64,000 nucleotides of DNA from contig OZ024747.1 in NCBI GenBank assembly GCA_964016885.1, positions 71,424,001 through 71,488,000 on the forward strand, given 5' to 3'. The position numbers were made by a program, and so were the translations under genes. The DNA comes from Eledone cirrhosa. Taxonomy: Eukaryota. Below, in pieces: positions 56,218-64,000 of the stretch; positions within the stretch are counted from its first letter, which is position 1, and each line of letters starts with the position of its first letter. Below the pieces are notes generated by a model. It had not been told where the DNA came from. It ran no database searches and saw only the letters and a program-made list of their open reading frames with translations.

Positions 56218-56416
56218 ATGTATATATACATATATGTTTGTGTGTATATGTATATATATATATGTATATATACATATATACATATATATATATATATACA
56301 TATATATACATATATATATATATGTATATATATATATCATCATCATCACTCGTCGACTACTGTATATATATATATGTATATATGTCGTTGTATATATATA
56401 TATATATATGTATGTA

Positions 56417-56447
<31 letters not shown>

Positions 56448-56649
56448 GCATGTATATATATATATACATATATGATGTGTATACACACATATATATATGT
56501 ATGTGTGTGAGTATGTGTGTGTATGTGCATGTATGTGAGTGTGTGTTCGTGAGTAAACAAATATGTAGAGAAATAAATACATAGATAGGTATTATGTCAA
56601 TATCTATATAATATATATTGCTATTTATAATGTGTGTATATATATACAG

Positions 56650-56681
<32 letters not shown>

Positions 56682-56848
56682 GCATATGTCTGTATACAAT
56701 TATATATATATATATATATATATAAATTTATTTATTTATATCATATATAATTATTTATTGATTATATGACTTATATGTTTAAACATATTTGCCTATATAT
56801 ACAGACATAGATGCATATATCTCTATGTATATGTGGTGTATATATATA

Positions 56849-56889
<41 letters not shown>

Positions 56890-57819
56890 CGTATTGAGAA
56901 TATCAAGGTGTATTTGAAAGCTTTCGGTAGTGATTACCTTAAGTATGGGTAAATTTCTTCTTTTTTCATCTTTTTATATTCTCTTTTTGTTTTTGTTTTT
57001 TATTACTATTTTTCATTTCTTCAATTCTAGAGATTATTTTGTTGACAGGAAACTAAAACTCGATGTTAACTTCTGCAACAATGAAAAATACTTTTGTTAA
57101 GAAAAACGCTAAGAAAAATAATGCCGAGAAGGATAAAGGAAATTATTATGTAAACAGAACCTTTTTAAGCTTATTTCTCAGAAGAAAAATGGTGAAATAG
57201 ATAGAAGTTTCAGGAAGGAAAAGATTTGGTAAAAGATTGAAAAATATATTAAACAAAATTGTGAACATCTTATGATTCATTGTCATCAATTATAAAGAGA
57301 AAATCGTGCTTGGATTTGAGAGAAAAATGGAGGTATGAAAGTGAAAAAGGTAAGAGAGGGGTCATGAGTAAGTGAATGGGAGAGAGAGAGTGCAGGGAGA
57401 GATGTAGTGAGAGGGTGGAAGAGGGATAGAGAGTTAAAGATGAAGAGATGTAAAAAGTTAAGAAATTGAAGATTAGAAATAAGGAGAGAAAAGAATGAGT
57501 TCTTGTGAATAGATGAATGCAAAGTAGTAGGTTAAAAATAAAGATAAATACAACATGAGAGTAGAGAGAGAGGGTGGGGAGAGGAGAGAGAATGGAGAGT
57601 GGAGACAGGGGAGAGAATAAAGGAAATATGTAAGAAAGATGACAACAGTTTACAAGAACAATAAGTAAAAATGATAAATGTAGGTAACGAGCTGAGAGAG
57701 AAAGACAAGTAGAAGCGGGAAAGAAAGTGAAAAGAAAAGTGTTAGAAGCTCTCTTCTATACTTTCCTGTACGGGATAAAAATGAAAGTGGTGAAGAAGAA
57801 GAAGAAGAAGAAGAAGAAG

Positions 57820-57851
<32 letters not shown>

Positions 57852-57896
57852 GTGTGGTTGCATTCCGGTTTAGCCATCATCACCACCAGCAACAAC

Positions 57897-58233
57897 CACC
57901 GCTGCCACCGTTTCCCCACAATGTAACCTCCACCATCACCACCATCACCACCAACAACAGCAAACACCGATGCCCACAACGTGACCTCCACCATCACCAC
58001 CATCACCACCAACAACAGCAAACACCGATGCCCACAATGTGACCTCCACCATCACCACCATCACCACCAACAACAGCAAACACCGATGCCCACAACGTGA
58101 CCTCCACCATCACCACCATCACCACCAACAACAGCAAACACCGATGCCCACAACGTGACCTCCACCATCACCACCATCACCACCAACAACAGCAAACACC
58201 GATGCCCACAACGTGACCTCCACCATCACCACC
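57897..58233. repeat. 58 bp minisatellite, ~5.5 copies
   Basis: caccgatgcccacaacgtgacctccaccatc... starts at 57965, 58023, 58081, 58139, 58197. Confidence 0.92.
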
Positions 58234-58809
58234 GCCACTGCACCCGTAAGTTATACAAAAGCAGTCAATTAAGTTATTAGTTTCTATTTAGTATCAGAAG
58301 AAACATAAAGACAATGAAACCATATTTACGTATGGAGAACATTGCCTCTCGTTTTCTTTCTTCTCATCTCGTTGTGGGAAGGAAAACGAGAGTTTAAGGA
58401 ATTACAAATTTCTTTCTGGGTCTTAAAATATTGAACCCATTGTCCCTTATTTTCTCCCACATCACGTATCGTAAAACCCTGCCTCCGGGACACTATTGTA
58501 TGAAGGAATAATTTATGATTGATTACAAAACGAAAACAACGAAAAGAAGAAAAAAATAGTAAATAAGATAAATAAAATAATATAAAACAAACGGAAAAGA
58601 AAAACAGCAAATCAACAGTTAGTCTGAGAGTAGCGTGTGGATTTCTTATTGTTTCTCAAAGACTTTATAGAATTCTTGACGTACAGATATTCTTGTAAGC
58701 ATACTAGCATTCCGTGATATGAGTTATCAATTTGTATAACTACATAGTATCTTTTTGTTATTGAATGAAGAAGTTGTATATTGCTTTGTCGGGATGAGTT
58801 TACTGTTAA

Positions 58810-59020
58810 CCCTTTAGCATTTAAACCGGCCAGAATTCTCTTACCTCTTTTTATTCAAACCGGTGGTGACCAGCCGCCCATACTGATGTTAAGGTATTGT
58901 TCTCAACATAAATGATATCAAAATCTCATAGATTCAATATTATGTGGGACAATTATGTGAGGTAAAACCTTTACCGTGAAAATACAATAGTAAATATAGA
59001 GTAATATAAATGCTAAAGGG
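58810..59020. mobile_element. piggyBac-type MITE (211 bp)
   Basis: TTAA|CCCTTTAGCATTTA ... TAAATGCTAAAGGG|TTAA; 14 bp TIRs and TTAA TSD. Confidence 0.85.
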
Positions 59021-59354
59021 TTAAACTTTACTTCAACTAGAAAACGAATATCCACATTAAAGGAAGAAATATAGAAAATATAAACAAAGCCAGGCCCATA
59101 GTATCAGTTTTGTTTGTGCGTGGAGTATTACTTTTGCTTTTGTTGCTGTTTAACTCCAGGTTAGCTCTGATCTAGAAGACCTATGATCATATAAAGAGTG
59201 TTCATTTTTTTTTTTTATATATATATAATAAAAGTGTAAGATGTGGTGCAATAAATAAATATATACATATACACCAGGTCTGAACACAATGGAACCAAAC
59301 ACCCACTGCCACTGCCTCTGTCTTTCCGCTCTGCCAACCTCTCATTATTATGAA

Positions 59355-59546
59355 TGGGGGATCGGGAGTCTCGGTAGAGGGTTGGACACCATGCTTTGCA
59401 GCATAGAGTTACGGCCCTTTAAGATCCGAGTTCAAATCCCGGCGAGGTTAACTTTGCCTTTCACCCTTACGGGGTCGATAAAATAAAGTACCAGTAATGC
59501 ACTGAGGTAATTGCTGGCCTTGTGCCAAAAGTAGAAACAATTATTA
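59355..59546 (+). mobile_element. SINE family A
   Basis: matches the family consensus including B box gagttcaaatcc. Confidence 0.85.
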
Positions 59547-60214
59547 TGAATATGCCACTCCTTTTTCAAAGTACAACATGCCTAGCGTTAAGTTATCTAT
59601 TGTGTTCTACTTTTCTGAGACAGAGATGAAATGTGATTCAAGGGAGATTTCGCTGCTATCTCTAGTAGATCGAGTGACAGCATAAAAAACCATGGTCGAG
59701 TTCGCGCGCATGTGTTTGTCTATTTGTATGTGGGGTTACGCAATCCATGGACAGTTAATCATTTGTAGTATCCATCGGGACCAGATCAAGCGCTATTTGC
59801 CTCAGAGTGTTGAAGTTCATGCTTGCCTATGGGCTTGTACCATGGGCGGTGGAACTCCCCAAACTACCGAAACACACATCTATTTGTATATGCGCCACAA
59901 TTTATGTACATGTTATGTTTATCGCATATCGAAGTGTTTTATATCTTGGTTGATATTTGATAATATATTATAATTTGTTTTGTTTTTTTTGTTTTTTTTT
60001 GTCATGTCATAATTTTTTTCTCCACATATCACTATTTGTCAATTGCTAGTATGTGTATTCAGAGACAGATTTCATTGGTCATTTTATTATAATCACTTTA
60101 TAATTATTGAAAGCTGTAAATGTAATCTGACATGCTTGGACTAAAATTGCATTTTCTGACCATTTTAGAGTGCAAAGAGGTAAACTAATCACTACAACTA
60201 AATTGACCAATGGA

Positions 60215-61020
60215 TATAGAGAAGGGGATAATGAGAGTGTTGTATGGTAGACATAGAGAGGGGTATTGAGAGAGGGTTTACTGGTGATTGATTGAGGGGG
60301 AGAGTTTACTGGTGATTGATTTAGAGGGAGGAGAGGGTTGTGTGGTAGATATAGAGAGGAGAAAAGTTTGGTGTTAATAGGTATAGAGATCGGGATAATG
60401 AGAGTGTTATAAGGTAAATATAGAAAGGGGTTTAGTTTGGTGGTTATTGGTATAGAGAGGGGTATTGGGAGAGATAGATATAGATATATAGAGGGGGATT
60501 GGGAGAGATAGATATAGATATATAGAGGGGGATTGGGAGAAATAAATATAGATATAGAGAGGGGGATTGGAAGAAAGTTCCGTGTAATAGATATAGAGAG
60601 GAGGGAGAGTTTGGTGTTAATTGATATATAGAGGGGGATTGGAAGAGAGTTCTGTATAGTAGATATAGAGAGGAGGAGAGTCTGGTGCTAATGAATAGAG
60701 TGAGAGAATTGATAGAGATATGTATTGAGAGTTGATAGATATAGAGAGGGAGAGAGTTTTGTAGTGATGGATAGAGTGGGGGGGTAATGAGATAGTGTAT
60801 TTTATGGTAGATGTAGTGATGGGAAGAGTTTGGTGTTAATTGTTATAGAGAGGGATATTAGAAGGGAGTTCCGTGTAATAGATATAGAGAGGGGAAGAGT
60901 GTTGTATGGTTTATGTAGAGAAGAAGAAAGTTTGGTGGGAATGAAGAGAGGATTGATAGAGATAGGTATTGATAGATATAGGGAGGGAAAGAGTTTGGAA
61001 GTGATGGATAGAGTGAGGGG
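60215..61020. repeat. degenerate GA-rich tandem repeat
   Basis: recurrent gatatagagagggg / gagagtttggtg motifs. Confidence 0.65.
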
Positions 61021-61167
61021 GAATGAGAGTGAGGCGGCTATTAGCTCGTCTATATATACGTGTGTGTGTGTGCATGTGTGTGTGTATGTGTGTGCGTGTA
61101 TGTATGCGTGTGTGTGTGTGTGTATGTGTGTATGCTTGCCCATGAGGATAATTTAAACAATATTAAT

Positions 61168-61350
61168 GATAATTGTTTCTATTTTTGGCACAAGGCCAGT
61201 AATTATCTCAGTACATTACTGGTACTTTATTTTATCGACCCCGTAAGGATGAAAGGCAAAGTTAACCTTGGCGAAATTTGAACTCACCGTAAAGGGGCGT
61301 AACTCTATGCTGCAAATCATGGTATCCAACTCTCTACCAATACTGCCAAT
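61168..61350 (-). mobile_element. SINE family A
   Basis: matches the family consensus. Confidence 0.8.
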
Positions 61351-61557
61351 GTACCCAAGATCCGATCTCACCTTTTGTATATACTCTCATATGCACCATA
61401 CATTAAATGACAAACCGTAATAACAATTGCTTACATTTTCCGTTTCCGTCTGATTTATAATTCATAGTTTTTTTCTTTTGTTGATTATGGCTATTTTCAA
61501 GTTGAATGACATTTCAATTCTCCATTGTTTAGCCAATGTCAAGCAACAAAGCTCTAA

Positions 61558-62128
61558 TTGTTTATTTTTATAATAACATTTAATCAGAAAAAAAGTTAGG
61601 GGAACAAAAGGAAAGAAAGAATAGGGAAATATAGAAAAAGAAAGAGAGAGAAAGAAAGAAAGAAAAGAACGGGAAGGGGAGGAGATAGCAAGAGCTCTGG
61701 TGTTGCAGAAGAGATGGGGGTGAAGGGGGAGGATGATTGGGCTCTGGGCCTAGAGCAAGAGGGCAGAAGTGCTGCGCCCCGCTGACAAGACGGCAAAAGA
61801 ATCCCCCGGACGATGGCCAGTGACACCCGCTGCAACAGCCACCCAACCTCGCGGGGCTCTCTCCTCAGACGGGCCACCGACACTCCGATCTTGCAGAGGA
61901 GCTCGGCAGTAGGGAGTCCAAGTACGCCTGAGGTCTCGACGGCGACCGGTACGAAGTGGAAGCGGCCGGACAAACCCCGGTATTTGTTTATTTTACGTTC
62001 TTCTGCAAGGCGGGCTGCGATGCCGGGGTTTGTGGCCGAAGCGATTAAGTTGGAGGCGGAGAACGTGTCGCAGCAGGTGGCGTCCCAGGTGAGGGATCTA
62101 CCTCCTTCGAATAGGAAGAGGGTGGTTA
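61558..62128 (-). mobile_element. CRE-like (RLE) non-LTR retrotransposon 3' fragment
   Basis: GRSLTWDATCCDTF...AEERKINKY...FVPVAVETSGVLG...LLQRVSLAIVRG; pyrimidine-rich UTR ending AATAAA. Confidence 0.8.
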
Positions 62129-62679
62129 TTAATTATCATTATAGTAATCTGTGACGAATTTATTTTCAAATTTCTATCTCCTGTGTATTTCTATATACAC
62201 CAATAAACACATATTTAATCACTCATAGGATTGTGTGCATAGCTTTTTACGTTAAAGGATTTCATTGTTGCTGTTTTGCAGAGTGCACCCGATACTACAT
62301 TAAACAATGTTCTTCCTTTTTAAGATGACAAGGTGTTATTTGAAGAAGATTTGGCTGCTATTTCTAGCAGATCGCACAACGATGAAGAGACACCCTTTAC
62401 TATATGCTATCCGAGAAGCATTTACTAGTAGTGTCTTCACGATATTGCTAATACACCTCACTGAACACTATATATTATATATTAATTCTATCTTTACGCC
62501 CACCAATCAATCATCTGTTAGTAATTCTTCAACCATCACTGACCTCTCATCTACATTATTTCAGATACTACAACCTCTATTACTACTGTTTCTACTTAGT
62601 TCACTGCTGCTACTTCTAATACTTATACCACTACTACTGCAACAACTACTAATACTAACAGCATCAACAAGAATAATGA

Positions 62680-62850
62680 TTTCTAGTATAGGCACAAGTC
62701 CAGTAATTTGGGAGGAGGGGAAAGTCGATTAAAATGACCCCAGTACGTTACTGATACTTTATTTTATCGGCCCCATAAGGATGAAAAGCAAAGTTAACCT
62801 CGGTGGGATTTGAATTCAGATCATAAAGGGCCGTAACTCCCACCGCCCTT
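62680..62850 (-). mobile_element. SINE family A
   Basis: matches the family consensus. Confidence 0.75.
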
Positions 62851-63416
62851 ACAACAAGAATAATAAAAACAATCTTTTCTCTATTTGACAGATGAGAGAT
62901 TACAAGAACGGTGGGGATTTACGTAGTAACGAATATGGCCAATAAAAAACAGGTATAGAAATAAAAGGAACTGAGATGATCCAATAGGATCTAAATGGGA
63001 ACAACTGTGGAATCCAACAGATTCCGGACTAGTTTTACTGCCAAGAGAAAATGCTTTCACCCAGCTGACTTTCCGACCTACAGGTATATGCTGAGGGTAG
63101 ACCCATTCACTTAGCTACACTCACCGCCCTCACACACCTTAACCTACTACTATGAACTAGACAAATCTATTTTAACTTTAAACCACAAGCGACTTTAAAA
63201 AGTAAAATTTCTCAACACAGTTTCATAGTCATACGTACAACCCCAGGCGGAACCACAGGCGGAGCCACAGCCATCTGACGAAACTGAGCCGGAATAACAA
63301 TATAGCTATCTAATATGAAACACATAATAACTACACCGTCCTCTCTCTCTCACTCTCACTTTTACTCTCCCTTTCTCTCTCTCTCGCTCTCTCGCTCTCT
63401 CGCTCTCTCTTCCTCA

Positions 63417-63447
<31 letters not shown>

Positions 63448-63619
63448 AGCTTTCTCTCTCTCTAATATGAATCACAACTTAAGCAAAACTTGAAAATCTG
63501 CAACTATAGGAAAACTGTAAACACCCCAGTAGAGGAACATCGTATACGAATGTAAAATATCATAAACCAACGGTACATACAAACATATCAGCGAAACGGT
63601 GAAGAGACAGTTCAGAATA

Positions 63620-63840
63620 TAATTGTTTCTGCTTTAGGCACAAGGCCAGCAATTTTTTTTTTGGGGGGGGGGGTCGATTAAATCGACCCCAGTGCATTAC
63701 TGGTGCCTTATTTTATCGATCTCGTAAAGATGAAAGGCAAAGTTAACCTTGGCGGAATTTGAACTCAGAACGTAAAGGGCCATAACTCTGTGTTGAAAAG
63801 CATGGTGTCTGACGCTCTACCAATTCTGCCAATCAACCAC
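63620..63840 (-). mobile_element. SINE family A
   Basis: matches the family consensus. Confidence 0.8.
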
Positions 63841-63849
63841 ACTCAGAGT

Positions 63850-64000
63850 TCGGAGTATAATCAACGAGGTCATAAAGCATGGCTTGGACGCTGCAGGCTT
63901 CCCTTCCCAGCTCGAGCCGGTGGGGCTGGACTGAGGGGACGGCAAAAGCCAGATGGTATGACCATCTTCCCTTTCCGCGGTGGCAAACCCCTCGTCTGAG
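63850..64000 (+). mobile_element. CRE-like RLE fragment, decayed, runs off the window
   Basis: INEVIKHGLDAAGFPSQLEPVGLD*GDG / KPDGMTIFPFRGGKPLV. Confidence 0.7.

Noticed and set aside
57897-58233. Regular repeats that could be mistaken for a CRISPR array
   Set aside because: Head-to-tail 58 bp units without unique spacers; eukaryotic context; no cas genes

Overview
Eukaryotic, AT-rich, microsatellite-dense DNA with no supportable host protein-coding gene; the repeat content suggests a cephalopod, probably Octopus (inference). Main contents: (1) five copies of a Tx1/L1-clade non-LTR retrotransposon, one full-length with intact ORF1 (CCHC knuckle) and ORF2 (APE-RT-CCHC); four sit in (TATC)n microsatellites in a fixed orientation. 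(2) A dense set of non-coding elements abutting (TA)n tracts that carry type I hammerhead ribozyme motifs and/or long fold-back palindromes, the architecture of Penelope-like pLTRs or non-LTR retrozymes; several unrelated sequence families are present. (3) An internally deleted Helitron with both termini. (4) Fragments of R4/Dong-like, CRE-like and RTE retrotransposons. (5) Many tRNA-derived SINEs, MITEs, and a 2.5 kb (GGTA)n array. Most notable: the hammerhead/palindrome elements, the (TATC)n target specificity of the Tx1 family, a splice-donor consensus overlapping the ORF1 stop in two diverged Tx1 copies, and a chimeric Tx1 copy. Boundaries inside microsatellites are approximate by a few bases.
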